From Tubiluchus corallicola (taxonomy: Eukaryota > Animalia > Priapulida): a DNA stretch of 64,000 bases. The translations under genes and the position numbers were made by a program. The stretch spans positions 27,097 to 91,096 of the forward strand of contig JAQGDQ010000202.1 of NCBI GenBank assembly GCA_030141605.1, read 5' to 3'. The notes under the pieces were generated by a model. It saw only the letters and a list, made by a program, of their open reading frames with translations, was not told the origin of the DNA and did no database searches. Shown one piece after another: positions 34,208 through 48,444 of this stretch (position 1 is the stretch's first letter; every line of letters begins with the position of its first letter).

Positions 34208-36739
34208 CTGACGATAAGTCATTGGAAACAATTTTAGATAACATTCTGTACAGTTTGAAAAATAATCAGAGCATTCGTAGCGCACTAACTAAGTAAAATG
34301 AAAACAAAACAAACAAAGAATCCTTTCAACATGAGCACAATATGTGCATAAAATTGCTATAAAGTAATATAATTTCTTAAGGTGATTTTTCTGAAACCTA
34401 CTTTAGGTATCCCCTTTTCTTGTCTTCTAAGCAAGAGCTACTCATAAAAACTTGAACAAAATAAATATACATGGTAAACAATCATGGTAAAATCAAATTA
34501 TGTTAATAGATTTTGACAAATATCTTCAGGAAATGGAAATAAAGCTGATGATAGTAAAAAATGTCTGTTTTATACAGTTCATTGATTATATGGCACATTT
34601 CTTTTAACATCAGCCACTGTGTTATGAAAATTAAAAATGTGTTGCCTCGTTCAAGAGCACCAGGCAGCCAAGTGACAAATGAATGGTCCAAATTTTCTAA
34701 AACACACGAGTGTTCCAGTGATGCACTTGTTAAAAAATTATATTTACTTAGAGAGAAAATAGGCCAAGATTTTGACACCCCAGTAAATGCAGAAAGATGA
34801 AAGATACGTGCGATTAGTGTAGTTATTGATTTAAGGGCGTGCGAAAGCCTGCTGAAAAACGTGTATCATGTATAATAATGCACGGGTCTGGACAAGTCAT
34901 CACGTGTATTTAAGGAAACCAACAAAAATCTTTGCTTCAATATAAAAATGGTCAAGTCAGCACATCAACATGATACTATGCTGGTTTCATACAGTCAGTA
35001 GGTGCGAAGTCTGCTACTTCATCTGCAGGCCAGTAAGCCAATAAAGCAAAGCTGTCAGTCAGTCAGCTAGCCACAATTAGTATGTAGTCCTATATACCTT
35101 ACTGCACTAGGTCATACCTTTTTTATCCACATATTTTTGTAACTTATAAAATTTTACTTTGTCAATTTGTTTTAACTGACTTAGTATCATAGAAGTATAT
35201 AATGAAAATGTGAATACTAAAATATGCTATAAAGAAAATAACTTACCTCAAATAATCATTCTGCACATTACAATGATTTTACACAGTCAAACTCTTCACA
35301 ATGTTCTCAGCTTTGTTTCCTGAAGATAATTCACATTATCTAGTTTTCATTACTTGGATTTTTATTCCCTTGATCTCAGCTCACCAAAGACTGAAACAAA
35401 CCCAGAAATTTATTAGATACTACTTTCTCATTTTTCCTGGGCCATTTTACCATGCCATTTTTTTCTGTGCCATTTTTACCTATGCCACTTTCATCTATAT
35501 TCTATTCTAACAGATAAGCTGCATCCCTAATATACTAGCAACAACCATCTCGTTGGTCAACTTAAAAATGGGTGGAATTTTTTACTGACTCTATATCCAA
35601 AACTACCTAGCTTGATCAATTCTAGCACAGCACAAAACTTTATATCTTTCAGAAATGAGCTAGATTTTCACCTATCCGCTATGTCGGGAACCCGGTGACC
35701 ATTTTGATTTTCTTTTTTTTGCTTATTGGACTATTTAAATAACTTGCATCCTTTATCATGTCTAGCAGCAGCTTTTTAGATTCGCCAATGTTGAATGAAT
35801 AAAAATAATTTGCTTTTTGTTTTTATAACAAATCTTTAGATGAAACAGTTAATATAATTACTTGCACAACTGGAATATTTTCGTTTTATGTGGCAGCAAT
35901 TTTTGAAATGAAAATAACAGAGGGGATTGTTTAAGTCCAACTACCGTGGAATAGATATCATAATCACTTCTTAATACTATCTTACTGAATTTCTTTCGAT
36001 TTATAATTGCAGCCATTTTGTAATTTGCATTTTTGACCCTTTTCTTGTAATTTTTCAAGCTGGTCACAGACTTTCCGGATTCACCACAGTCAAATTAACA
36101 AGGCTGGCTAAGAGACTACATCTAAAAAAACGCCACTAGAACAACACATTTACAGAACGTTCTTCTACTTCTAGTCTAGTCACTTAAATAATAATCTTTC
36201 TTACTGTAAAAAGTTTTAAAGATTTAATACTAATTTACCTATTGTCGAATGCTTGTCACGTCTTTACCTCTATTATAGACAATAAGCAAGTAGAATTTCG
36301 TGAAATAAACTAAATTTTAAGCTAAAATGGTCGCAGGCAGCCAACTGCTCAATGTTGAACTTGAAAATTGCTATTCAATTTCAATGAGTTTTTGCTACAA
36401 TGCACTTTGTGGCGACAGTGACATGTACTGGTGACAAAAATTATTCTAAAGAGGAAAAAATTATTTTATTCCAATCACATTTTTGATTGTAACTCTAATT
36501 CTAATCACTTACAATTATATACTATCGGTATCAATTTTTCCACTTAGTCACTTAGAGACAGTGCATACAATAAGGGAGTGACTGAGATAGTCATGAGTGC
36601 ACAATGGGTTTGTGATATGCTCATGTGCGTTACGCTTCGTCATTAATGGCATTTTGGTGGCAATAACTTGGTGTTTCTTCTAGATGAATGTCATCAAACC
36701 TGACTGGCTAACTGACATACAGATAACTGGCTAATATGT

Positions 36740-36830
36740 ATCTGAGAAAATTCTTTTTTAATAGTAAATACCTGGAACGAGCTTCCACAAGTAGCCACAA
36801 ATGCATCTACAGTAAATCAATTCAAAGGTG
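36740..36830 (+). mobile_element. LINE (CR1-like) ORF2 C-terminal relic
   Basis: Translates as WNELPQ...NASTVNQFK, like the WN.LP...S...FK ending of CR1-type ORF2. Confidence 0.4.
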
Positions 36831-37049
36831 CTATTCACGCCACAAATAAAATTGTAAAATAGAAGTGTGTATTACATAACCCAGAAAGATTTTCTGCAAA
36901 CTCATCAAGGCTATTCACATGTAAAGGATGAGTGCGTGCAAATACTTAGGAAGAAGGTAGCTGAATGGTAACTAAAGGTAACTAAAACATTACTAGTTAG
37001 ATCATTTTACATTCTGTTAGGCAGCTATAGCCAGTGAAGTGTATACGGT

Positions 37050-37760
37050 ATGAAGCCACTCTCTCTAAAGTCCCAGTAGTCCAAGGTGAATATCACAAAT
37101 ACTTTATTTTGCCTTACTCTTTCGCCTTAGAATTATTGGCATTGATGTTTTACCCCAAGAAGTTTTAGGTATTGTTGGTTTTAGAAGTATTTTAATTCAC
37201 TCGGTGGCTCTAGTAGAGGTAATTTGACATAATCATGCACTTGAGATATTCAACATAGTCTACAATGCGTTAATGTATGTCAAAAAATTGTCCATGTAAA
37301 CCATGAACATCTGAATGACTTAATTTTGTGAGTAATAGTGATAATTTCACACTTGGTAGGATTAAACTCCTCCATCCACTTATGGTACCAAGAGACCAAT
37401 GTCAGTCTAAATCATGCTGTAGCAGCCCAGCATTGTCCTGATTCTAGATTTTTGTATATACGAACAATAAAGTTTTAGAATGAAGCTCCAATGTGAGGTC
37501 ATTTATACAGTAAAAGAAAAGGTATGGCCACAAGGCAGTGCTCTCCCCGAGGAGCACCAAATGATATAACGCTCTATCATATGCTATATGATTTACAACT
37601 ACTTCTTGGATTCTGTTGTGAAGAAAACTTTAGATCCAAGCTATGGTGTTCCCCGAAATCCCATGTCGTTTGAGTTTCTTGATAACATTCTGCATGATAT
37701 GACTTATGTCCAACCTTGCTGATCATCTTAGAAAAATCCAATTATGCCAACATCAGTTTG
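37050..37760 (-). mobile_element. Decayed LINE reverse-transcriptase fragment
   Basis: Frameshifted remnants of KLKRHGISGNTIAWI.SFLHNRIQEVVV, a GVPQG-like motif (GAPRG) and YINDL. Confidence 0.75.
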
Positions 37761-38408
37761 AAAAGCAGCTTGCTTATTTAATAAGATTACTACATAGGAT
37801 GTGTTTAATAATCTTAGAGACTGCACTGGTAATACTATTTATTAGCCTATAATTGGCCACATCATAACGCTCACCCATCCAAGCCACCATTGCATCTCTC
37901 TAATCCTGAAAAGGCTATATGTACGCCCTTTCTTCTGCACAATTAAGAGGATGCACATTAACTACATGCATTGATTGAAGCTGTGAACACACAATTTTGA
38001 ACAGATGACCCTTAAACACATCACTCAGCTAATATTAAAGGGTCGATATAAAATTTATGGGATTTGAAATCTATTTCAAAATTTATTATGTTGATGTAAA
38101 ATTTATAGAGTTTGAAACCTACTTAAAAAATATTGGGTTCATTTCTTTCCAAAACAAGCCAGACACCTATATAAATTATGTTATATAAATGCCTACCAAG
38201 CATACCTGCATTAATACCTACAAATTTTGAAGCATTCGTGTTTACTTAGTGGTGTTAATCAGGAGCTTTAATTATTACCATAGACTGACAGGGAGAAACC
38301 TATATGAAGGCTTTTTGCCCATGGTTTTCTTTCTCATTGTGTCCCTGTTTATTGTTTCTCTCACACTGTTGTTATTACTAGTTCCTCTAAAGTTATCTCT
38401 ATGGTAGA

Positions 38409-38734
38409 TAGGAGTATGCATTCTCTACTAGAAAGCAAATTCGAGACGAATTTCTAGCCTTCGAATTTGGATTGAAACGATTTTCGGTTTTTCAAGTTTG
38501 AATTGAATTCAAATTGAGTTTGAAAGATTTATGAAGTAACCAGTAACAAGTAATCTTACAAAGATCATGCATATTACTCGATTTTATTTTGCAGTAAAAA
38601 CATTAATAATTTATTAAAAAATTGTGTGCATAAATCACAGCTAAACTGTGCTAATTGCATAATCAAATTCATACTAAAAAAATCTGTTCGATATGAACGT
38701 TGGAACTCAAAGGTTCGATGCTCATGCACTCCTC
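38409..38734. mobile_element. Putative hAT-type MITE
   Basis: TAGGAGTATGCA ... TGCACTCCT imperfect inverted ends; flanks ATGGTAGA and CTGGTAGA match at 7 of 8 positions. Confidence 0.4.
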
Positions 38735-41384
38735 CTGGTAGAAGTACTATGGCTGCTGCCTGTTGGTAGTTGTCATGGCAGACGAGGAGTAGTTAAGTGT
38801 AAGATATTTGAAATGGCAGTTGCAGAGGTATAGAGTTATAAAAAAAGTTTCGCATCGTGGAAGTTTGTACCATGGTTTTCCCAATGCTTGCCCAATTTAT
38901 TTTGAAATTGACTCAGAAATACTGATATGGTGCACCACATCAATGTAATTAAGAAATTTCAGTTGTTTATCACATGGTTATCTTGAACGAAAACTTGTGT
39001 ACATAAAGATGATTGGTATATTAAAAGCGCCACATCTTTGTCAGGGATTAAAGATCATAGAGTGCTGCACTGGAGTGTTGGCAAAAACGTAAATAAAGCT
39101 GAAACGCGATAGAGTGCTACACCTTGTCTTCACACAATACGTGCTGTATCAGGAATCCTGATAAGAGTACTTAAGTCTGACGAATGAAGATTGGTAAAAG
39201 CAAAAGTGATATAATGAAAAGACATTGTAAAGTTTATATGCATTTGAATGTTTTTCTTTTTCCAGCAAGTAGCAGTTTTTGACTGCTCACCTTGATACAA
39301 CAAGGTCTAAGGTCTAAGGTCAAGAACTGAAGTGAACTGAACTGAAGAACAAAGTTATCCGATTAACCCGACTACCGGTCTGCTGACACTCCCAAAGTAA
39401 AATTCTTAAATAAATACAACATCTTCATGCAGACACTTTAAAGGTTAATTTTTTTAGTAAGTTTTTGAGCATTTCCGTAAACCTGATGTTTCTTTTCTTC
39501 CTCACCAATGAAGCTTGTTCAATTCTGAATTACTGATACTTATTCAGGACCTTGTTGGTAGATGGACTGATGTTCAACAAGCTTGCTCTAATATGCCTCC
39601 AAGAGATGCGAGATTTGTAACTCTGCTTAGGGTTTTTCTTCAGTTTCACTCTCCTGCGTCTTCGAAGTGTACAACTCCACAAATAAGTCTAGAAGAATGC
39701 ACTATGTTATACCGATATCGGGTTGTTGGGGTTCTCGTAGCAGATTATTATGATTGCAGACGGGCACTACACGTTGTGGTCGTGAGGAATTTCGATATTG
39801 AGCTAAACGACTTGCTTAAAAGATTTTGGTTGTGTCTCCTGTGTTTACTTCAACGCTTATTGCGGCTTTTTTTCGTTTTTGCTTTTTATGGTTCCTAATT
39901 TCTTATTCAGCTAAATTCCTGAGTTATGAAGAACATGGCTGGCTTCGTATAGTATTGACACCTAAGTCGGACGAACTGTGAGTTGGCCCGGTATTACTTT
40001 ATTTGTGGTAGTGTGTTCAGATTTTCAAAATCTGGAATTAAAGGAGGAATATCACAAAAATGAAGTTGAAATTGTTTTATAGCTGACTTACATGACAGAA
40101 AATACACAGAAAAATTTTAGCGCTGTGTTGCCTGATAATGAGTAATTAACTTATTTGTATCCCACGGGAAATGGCTTAGAGCGCTCTTTGCATCACTCTC
40201 GACGAAAACTGCGAAATAGCGCAGCTACGTCACAGCCAGTATTGCAGTGGAGCAATATTATTACTTATTATGATGATCTTGTTTACAACTATAGTTAAAT
40301 TACTGTACTGGTCGTTGCCTCCGACAGCAAGTTAGCGGATAAAATTGTCAATTCATGCATTCAGTAGTGAAATTCCATCGAGTTAAATATCTACAAACTA
40401 AAAAAAGTAAAAACTTAGGCCTATTCACGGTTCAATTTACAGATTTGTCTTTGCAACAGTTATAAATCAACAAAAAGCATTGTACAGTTCTACATCAAAT
40501 TGATAACAAAGTTAAAGAACATTGTCATAAATCATCTTTAATTTTAATTCTGAAGTGATATATATTTATATACATTGTATTATGTACACTTGGGACTGAC
40601 GTTGATGTAATTAACAATCCATGTTTATGAATTTAAATAATTATGGTCTATCAGTATTGTTTTAAAAATTCAAATACAACATTGGTGCAAGCAAGATAAA
40701 CATTTCAAGTTAACATTATAGTAAAGCAGTCTGTACTATATAATTTTTATTTTTTATAGTGATGAAGCCTTTTCTCAATTTTGACGTATGCTAATTAAGT
40801 TTGCCTAATAGTTCTGACAAACATATAAATTTGCTACATATGATATACTATGATATAATGCAGGAGCATAAAAGTATAGCGAATTAGAAGTAGTTATTGT
40901 ATCCTTACTGGCTAACTCTATTGTCTGGAAAATTTAATTATGGCTGTAATGGATAGCCAGCTACTGCAATCATTACCATCCTGTGATACCTGTAGATCGA
41001 AATTATCACTAATATTTTTGAAGCAACAGAAGAAATGGGCAAAACACAATACTATAGCAAAAATTTTCGATTTTGTGAAGCACAAATCTTTTATTTTCAT
41101 GAAGCATAACTTGTAAGCAGAATTAGCAACATGTTGTTACAGCTTGCCATTCATTCTGAGCCCTATTACTACATTTGAGAGCTGCATTTGTACTAGAATT
41201 TAATAATTAAATAAAAAGCAAAGTTTCTAAATACTGAACACAATTTTAAAGGGCTTTTAAACTATAGCATACCAGGTATTGATAAACAAGTCTTAGCGTT
41301 TACACTACAGCATGCCGATATTGATAAACAAATGACTACTATTGCACTACACGTTCCGCTACACCACTACAAGGTTGGTCACAT

Positions 41385-41462
41385 GACATGGCAATCTTCT
41401 CCTCAGGGGCGCTGTCGCAGGTCCATGCTCAATGGCGGCATAGGCAAGCGCGAGTTTTAAAG
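41385..41462 (+). promoter_or_regulatory. Candidate start region / first non-coding exon of PGPEP1
   Basis: GC-rich patch with YY1-like AATGGCGGC (41431) and an AAG|GTAATT donor at 41462. Confidence 0.45.
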
Positions 41463-42578
41463 GTAATTTTATGCAAACTTATGTGAATAAAAGTATTATG
41501 TGACATTTGCGTCAAGAATGAGGTATAAATTTGCATTTGCAATATATTCGAGAGTCATTAAAGCTCAACTTGATTTTGGTGATATTCCACCTTTAAATGG
41601 AAAACTCCTACATGTTAGTCTGTATCACTCACACTGTCACGCGTGCATGTCACCAAAGCTACCACTCTCAAACAAGCATTTGAATTAGGCAACAAGACTT
41701 TTTCATAGTGGGGAAAAGCCTCCATTTTTACAAAGCTCCTCCACAGTCACCATCACCTAATTGTGGAATTAAATTGAATTGAATTTGCTCATTTAACAAT
41801 GCAAAAAGACACAAAGTGGTTAGTGTCACATTCACTCCTTTCTTTCCTTTGGCTGCTTTACCTACCAGCATCACCAGTGGAATTAATACAGGAGTTTTTG
41901 TGTGCAAAATTTTGTCAACTTTATATTTGAAGTTTGTCACATGTGTAACTCTGATTATTTATTCCAGTAACGAGTTTGTAAGTTGTGTCTCACTTTCAGC
42001 ATTGGAGAAACTAATTTGATGTCTTAAATTGTCTATTAGTGGGCTAGCCATCTTACTGCTGGTAAAAAGTTTTTAGCTGTGTCTTTTTATGAATTATGTG
42101 CCCCTATAATATCTCCTCTATAAGATTCTGCAAGGTTGCAGACACATTCCGAAGTTGTTGATATATTTGTTGCATTGTTTTCAATGGCCAAAGTTATCAA
42201 TATTTTTTTGTCTTCTATTCATCCTAGAATGAATGAAACTGTGTTCAGAATTTAGCTACAATATGGATCTATGTATATGGTTTGTGTTTTAGTTCTAAAT
42301 TTATTTCAGCAGTTGTTTCTGTGAGGAAGTTGCTGAATGTTTCCCTAAGTAGGCGTATGCTTTTCAGCACTGTGGCAGATATGATTACAGATACATTCCT
42401 GTTAGGCACTTACCTTATCAAAGCTTCACACTTATATATCGAATAGGATATTGATGTTTGTAAATAACCTTTTTTCACAGCTATGTATGAGAACTTAATT
42501 TAAACTTAATGACATGCATCTTCAGTTATTATTACAGTTGGGCAAGACACTACCTTGTGATGTTCAGCAAGTATTAAC

Positions 42579-42621
42579 ATGGGTAGCAATGCTTCTGAAA
42601 AAAAAACAGTTGTTGTGACAG
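42579..42621 (+). CDS. PGPEP1: Pyroglutamyl-peptidase I, coding exon 1
   Basis: MGSNASEKKTVVVT-G; joined to exon 2 it gives the family VTGFGPF motif. Confidence 0.85.
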
Positions 42622-43022
42622 GTAAATTAATAACTACGTTTCTTAAGTATAACCATCTAGAGTTCAGATCTCTGACGTATTTATTAATATATTGTTCAGG
42701 TAGCAGAAGGAGGTGCCAAATTCAATGAGCTAAGCTTATTTGGGATTTATTGAGTAAGTACTCACATGCTGACATGTCACGTGCTTAACTTAGTGATTAC
42801 AGTCTTGGAAAGTAATTCAAATGGATAGTTAAGAAAATATGATTTTTATGGACTTCTCGAGAAGTTTACATAAATTTGGAACTTTTCTTGCTGTGTTGTT
42901 GTTCTTGAGATTTTCTCAACATTTGTTGTGTGATTTATGTGCAAAGGCTGTTGAAGAAGTTAGCTGACACCTTTTATTGAGTTATTAAGCACTATACATT
43001 TTGATATCGAACTTTTTTGTAG

Positions 43023-43192
43023 GGTTTGGTCCTTTTGGCGTACATAGTATTAATGCAAGTTGGGAAGCAGTGAAAGAGCTAGAAAAAACAGGGATTTCTC
43101 CTGCCATTCGCCTTATCACGTTTCAGATTCCAGTGGAATATGAAGGTGCCAAGAGAATTTTGTATGAACTTTGGGAAGTGTACTCACCTATG
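43023..43192 (+). CDS. PGPEP1: Pyroglutamyl-peptidase I, coding exon 2
   Basis: GFGPFGVHSINASWEAVKEL...IPVEY. Confidence 0.92.
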
Positions 43193-43584
43193 GTAATTGA
43201 ATTTTCCACCAGTTTCTTAGTATATTTAATTGTTTTTTAAACTTCTAAACCATTTGTCAATATTTTCAAGTTATTGGTCACTAGTGGAGTACCCCAGCAC
43301 AACTTATCTTAAGTGTAGAGTGGTTAAATTAAAGCTACAAGTTTGGTTATAAATTTAAATCCACATCATTTCTTAACATGCAATTTTAATTTCACCAGTG
43401 TGACAAAGTAATAACATTTATTTCTATGAAACAAACTCGCCAAACTGCCTAGTAACTGAAGACTATGTTTTCCCTTCAAACTTTTAATTACAGTATTATA
43501 AGAATTAGAATTCAAGGAAGTTGGCTGAGAGCTACCCATTGTAGACTGTTTAGTAAGTGATTTTGTAATAATTTTTGTTACTAG

Positions 43585-43678
43585 CTGGTGGTACATGTTG
43601 GAGTTTCTGGTGCAGCATCTGATTTGGTCGTAGAGAAGTTAGCTCATAACAAAGGTTACTGTGCAAAGGACAACTGCG
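43585..43678 (+). CDS. PGPEP1: Pyroglutamyl-peptidase I, coding exon 3
   Basis: LVVHVGVSG...VEKLAHNKGY..KDN, containing the catalytic Glu. Confidence 0.92.
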
Positions 43679-44023
43679 GTGAGTATCATTTTTATTACCT
43701 TGATTAACTGTAGCTTTTTTGTGACTACGATCATATTGGTGGCTCTAATATTTATTACTCACTGTTGTTAAAATAAAATCTACAAACTGGGCATAATCTC
43801 TTTTGTCTTTATGCTAACAGAGTAACGAAGTGTAGCAGGTGAAACCTCCCACAAACAGTTTTCTGGCAGTCACTCACCAGCCATTTACTGACCAAATTTA
43901 GCATTGTTTAACTTTGGCCGCTAAGCTCTCACTATGATTATTCAGTTATGACCATTAAGTTTGGGACCTCAAGAAGAGTAATTAATGAGTGATGTTCTTT
44001 AATTTGACGGTTTGCTGTTCTAG

Positions 44024-44162
44024 ATTCATTTCCTTCTACTCATTGTTGTGTAACTGATGGACCTGATGTTATAATGGCAGAAATCAACATGGACGTTGTC
44101 TGCCAAGCAGTGAACGAATCTGACTGTGGTGTACTAGCTGTTACTTCACGTGATCCTGGAAG
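44024..44162 (+). CDS. PGPEP1: Pyroglutamyl-peptidase I, coding exon 4
   Basis: CCVTDGPD...INMDVVC...SRDPGR. Confidence 0.9.
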
Positions 44163-45746
44163 GTAATTCATATTTTATCAGTCTCATTGCATAAATAGGT
44201 TCCTCAGATATTTTTTACACTGTTCTTCTGATAACGTAATTACATATGGAATGACCATAGCCGACTGAATGTAGTTGTCGAGTAATTGAATCATAATAGT
44301 TATCATTATTTAGTAGGTATCCAAAGTTGCCACACACTACAAATCAGCATATAACCCAAACCTGCCAAAAACAAAGTTTATAATGTGGTACATATTAAGG
44401 ACCTGATAAATAAATCAGTGTCAGCAAGCAAACTTGCATATTGTATCAAACCAGAAATCATTTCGATACACTGTAATATCGGTCATTGTAACATGGCCCA
44501 AATATATGTGCAGTTAAGTGAAGATAAATCTTAATTCAACGTAATTTATGTGACAGTCTACCATGCTCTATAAAAAGTAACAAACTAGTTAACCACCAGA
44601 AGATGGTTTCACTCTTTTCTAATGCACTGTGAGATGGTAGTGTGCATTTATATTTACATCTTTGCCCTTAAAAGTAAAATTAAGCGTTTGTGGACTAGTG
44701 AATTGCTCTCTCTTATTGCAGAAGTAAACAAATTACATCTGATAATGCACAGCAGCAGCCAAATAAAATGACCTTGAGCATTTGTTGAACGGTTGAGCCA
44801 GCTGAGATTATAAACACGATTCATGTTTGTTAGTTTTGGAAAGCTAGTATTGTATTTTAGCGTATGACAAAGAATTGAATTATTTACTGGTCTAACTACT
44901 ATTGTGTGTTTGCTATAGTAAACAAGTGTAAAAGTTTTTCATAATTTCATCAGACATCGATTAAAGCTATTAAATAGTCGTATTATTAACTTTATATACT
45001 TGCACTATTAGCCAAAATTAAACCTAATTTGATAGTGCAATTTATGTACATATACATTTAAGGTACTTTCAACTTTGGCTTTCATTTGTCATATGTATAC
45101 CATTAGTGCTGAACTTTGTGAAGCCGTATTACAATTTGTTAGTGCCTCACTTACTACTCAGATGAGCATTTAAACAGTTAATGCGGTTAACATCCTTACA
45201 TATTGAGGAAAGCATTCAAATTACAAATTTTTACCGATGTTGAATCTTAAAGTTTACAACTGAAAGAAATTTTCATTCTGAATACATTTGTAATAAACAT
45301 CAATTAACCCTTTGTCATTAGTGTCTAATGAATACTTAAATATGGTCCAAATAAGCACTTATGGTCATTAATCTCTCCAAAAATTCTTTATTTAATTTTG
45401 GTTTCCTACCATTACAACCTTAAATTTACTGCTTGTTGCAGCAATTGTAATGCCCCCATATCAGATCAGGTCTGAAATAGGATGAGCTCGGAATTTGGAT
45501 CGGCCAATAAATAGAAATAGTCGGATAGGATAGGAACACAAGTTTCCATATCGGCACATTCCTGGTAGATGTATGTTACTAGCTAGTATAGCTGCTTCTT
45601 AACAAGATGGTTGCTACAGTAAACAGAGATATTATTTAAGTCAGGTTAAAAAAAAACCAAGTGAGAGAATGGGCACAAAAAGTGTCGATGAAGCAAATCG
45701 TCATTAAACTTGTCATGTAACTAAGTATGTGGTCTTTATTTTTTAG

Positions 45747-45909
45747 GTACTTATGTGAATACTCCTACTACTTATCACTTAGCATCAATTCCAAAGCTTG
45801 TGCATTTATTCATGTACCACCACTGAATAAACCTTATTCTGCCTTACAACTAGCAAATGGACTACGGATAGCAATAACTTCCATGATACAACAAGTGGAA
45901 TTTACGTAA
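45747..45909 (+). CDS. PGPEP1: Pyroglutamyl-peptidase I, coding exon 5 (terminal)
   Basis: YLCEYSYY (catalytic Cys) and FIHVPPL (catalytic His); TAA at 45907-45909. Confidence 0.92.
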
Positions 45910-47972
45910 TGTTTGTTCAGTTGCCAAGGATTATCTTGTCATGTCCAGAAATGAAAATCAGTATAAATGCTGCTAGTTGCAAATTAGAAAAGAAAATAAG
46001 TTTGCAAGAGTTTGCTTGACTATTGTATGACCTTTCTTTCATATGTTCTAAATGCTGTTTGATTTTCATAAATTATGCTGTTGTTAATCATGAAGATGAA
46101 ACTTTGAACTGTTACTGTTTTGTAAACAGCTTTATTAGGGTTTCTTTTTTGCAAATCATATGAAAGTACACTTCTGTTTATCCATGTCACTACTGACATT
46201 GTCGGTGTAGTCAAAACTCGTTATTCTGCGCTACTCCCCTCGTCTTTACTAATGGGTTTTTATGTCAGAAGTGCATTTTTTCATTATAACTCAACCTTGC
46301 TATAATGCTCCAGGTGTTAAATGTATCCATGAAGTGCTGGTGAAAAGCAGTGATGTAACGTTAAAACAATGACGTTTAAACATTACTTTTGCTGATATCT
46401 GAGTGGTTACAGTGGGCGATAGCGACTAAAGTTAAGCAATGCCTTTCCTGGGACGCATCATTGACCACTGGTAAAAGTGCTGCTGCACAATATAAGAAGC
46501 TATAGCAACCAGATTTTTAACTCATTGAAAATGGATGGGTAATTATCTGAACACAGCTAAGATACAAGATACGTCTGCCAGATCACTTTAATTGTCTTGT
46601 CTTAATGATTAACTAGGTTCTGGTCTGCCACAATCATCTGCAATAAGCCTTGTCATCTTTTGTTTTTGTTTGTTGTTCCTGGTTGCTTGCCAGGTGTAAG
46701 AACAAAGTGTGTTTAGGGTATTTGCTGGCAGCACTACATATCAACATGTTTCAGGATTTCACTCTTTTCCATTTTATTGGATGTTGATTAAAGCAGACAT
46801 TTTTTACTTAGGCAAGTATAGTTAATATTCTGAAATGCATCTGCCTTCTTAGTTCAGCAGTAGTATGACAAATCTACTATGTATGTTACGATTACTAAGA
46901 CAAATGAAGGTCCTGAAAAGATTACTTGTTGTTAATATAATGATGAACGTTGTCTTACCACCAGCCCTACTGTAGAGCCACATTTAAGGATGTCCCACGC
47001 CCGGTGTTATGACCACAATAAGATTTGACATGCACATGAATTATAATGATAATCATTGTATGTGTGGCATTTTTAACACTACATACAGTATTTTAGTTAC
47101 AGGCTATTAAGAAAGTAGTTTGTGAATTTTTGAATAAGTGATACTTCTAAATTGCATTATATGTGTGTTTATTAGTAGGCTTGTCTAGGAGTACTAGGAA
47201 TTGTACTAGGCCATTTCCATTTGTATGGCCATATGTATATTATCATACATATCATTTAACACTGTTTCAGATAGCTTCACAAATCTTTAGTTGGCGCCGT
47301 GCATATTTAGACATCTTTGCATAATTTTGTTCAAATATCACCACATCTTCATAAAGTTTAATGAATTGTCAATGAGTTCAAATAATTGTGTGCTTCCTCA
47401 TACATCTCTTCACATTCTCACAGGGACACGAGTATTCAGCTTTACATGACTCCACACACAACTTTATGTGGCTCCACATACTTGTTTTTAGGTGACCAAG
47501 CCAGATGGTTTCACATATTTTTGTAGGACTTTCAAGTTTTTGGCCCTTTGGCTGGCTTTATGCATTCTTACAATTATGGCATCTTCAGTACTTATATGGT
47601 TTTTTTACCTGCAGCGTAATGGCTAATTGATTAATTTCATTCTTTTTTAATTGTGTGAACGTGTTAAACACCTTGATAGATAATAGTCGACTTACAGTTA
47701 GAATTTTATGAAAGTTTTATAGTAGTACATAACTGTGTTTAGTATATTTATTTTATTGGCGATGTTATGAAAATAATAGAGTGGTTCGGGTTGAGCTATA
47801 AAATGCTCAATAACATGTTTTCTAACAAACTAGTATAACTAGAAAGACTTTTGATTGACTTGACTTGTCTGTGTCACTGTATAAAAACTTTGTTAAATGC
47901 TGTAGAAGAAATATTAAATCTGCAAAATGATTTTAAGGTGCTATATAAGTGCACAATTGTAAAAAATAAGTA

Positions 47973-48444
47973 CAGTCAACCACGGGTATAAGGTCCTCTT
48001 TTATAAGAGGCCGCCAACACCGGTCCCGGTTTTTCGTAACGTTTTTCCTATGTAAAAATCTTCGTATATAAGGTACTCGGATATAAGGGACTTTCGGTTA
48101 TAAGGGACGATATATTCAGGTCCCGCGTAATGGAAACCCAGGTAAATTACCTCGCATGCAAGGGACCCTATGACCAAAGCGAAATTGATCGATTTTAACC
48201 TCAATCTTTCACAAACTCGGCCTTCGAGAAGCTCGGTTTCCGCGGTCACCTACATCTCGCATCACTGAAGGAGTTTCCTACATACCGCTTGCACCGAATG
48301 TGTAGCAATAATCCATAAAAATATGGGTAAAAGTACAGGTATAACTACACCATTGGTCTGACTTAACTTCGGGTATAAGGGACATTGGATATAAGAGATG
48401 GCTTTTTCCGGTCCAGAGGTGTCCCTTATATCCGAGGTTGACTG
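47973..48444. mobile_element. Tc1/mariner-pogo-type MITE
   Basis: TA|CAGTCAACCACGGGTATAAGG ... CCTTATATCCGAGGTTGACTG|TA; internal repeats of TATAAGG(G)AC. Confidence 0.85.

Noticed and set aside
44925-44957. Minimal hammerhead-like core CTGATGA...GAAA on the minus strand
   Set aside because: Stem I cannot form with the flanking sequence.
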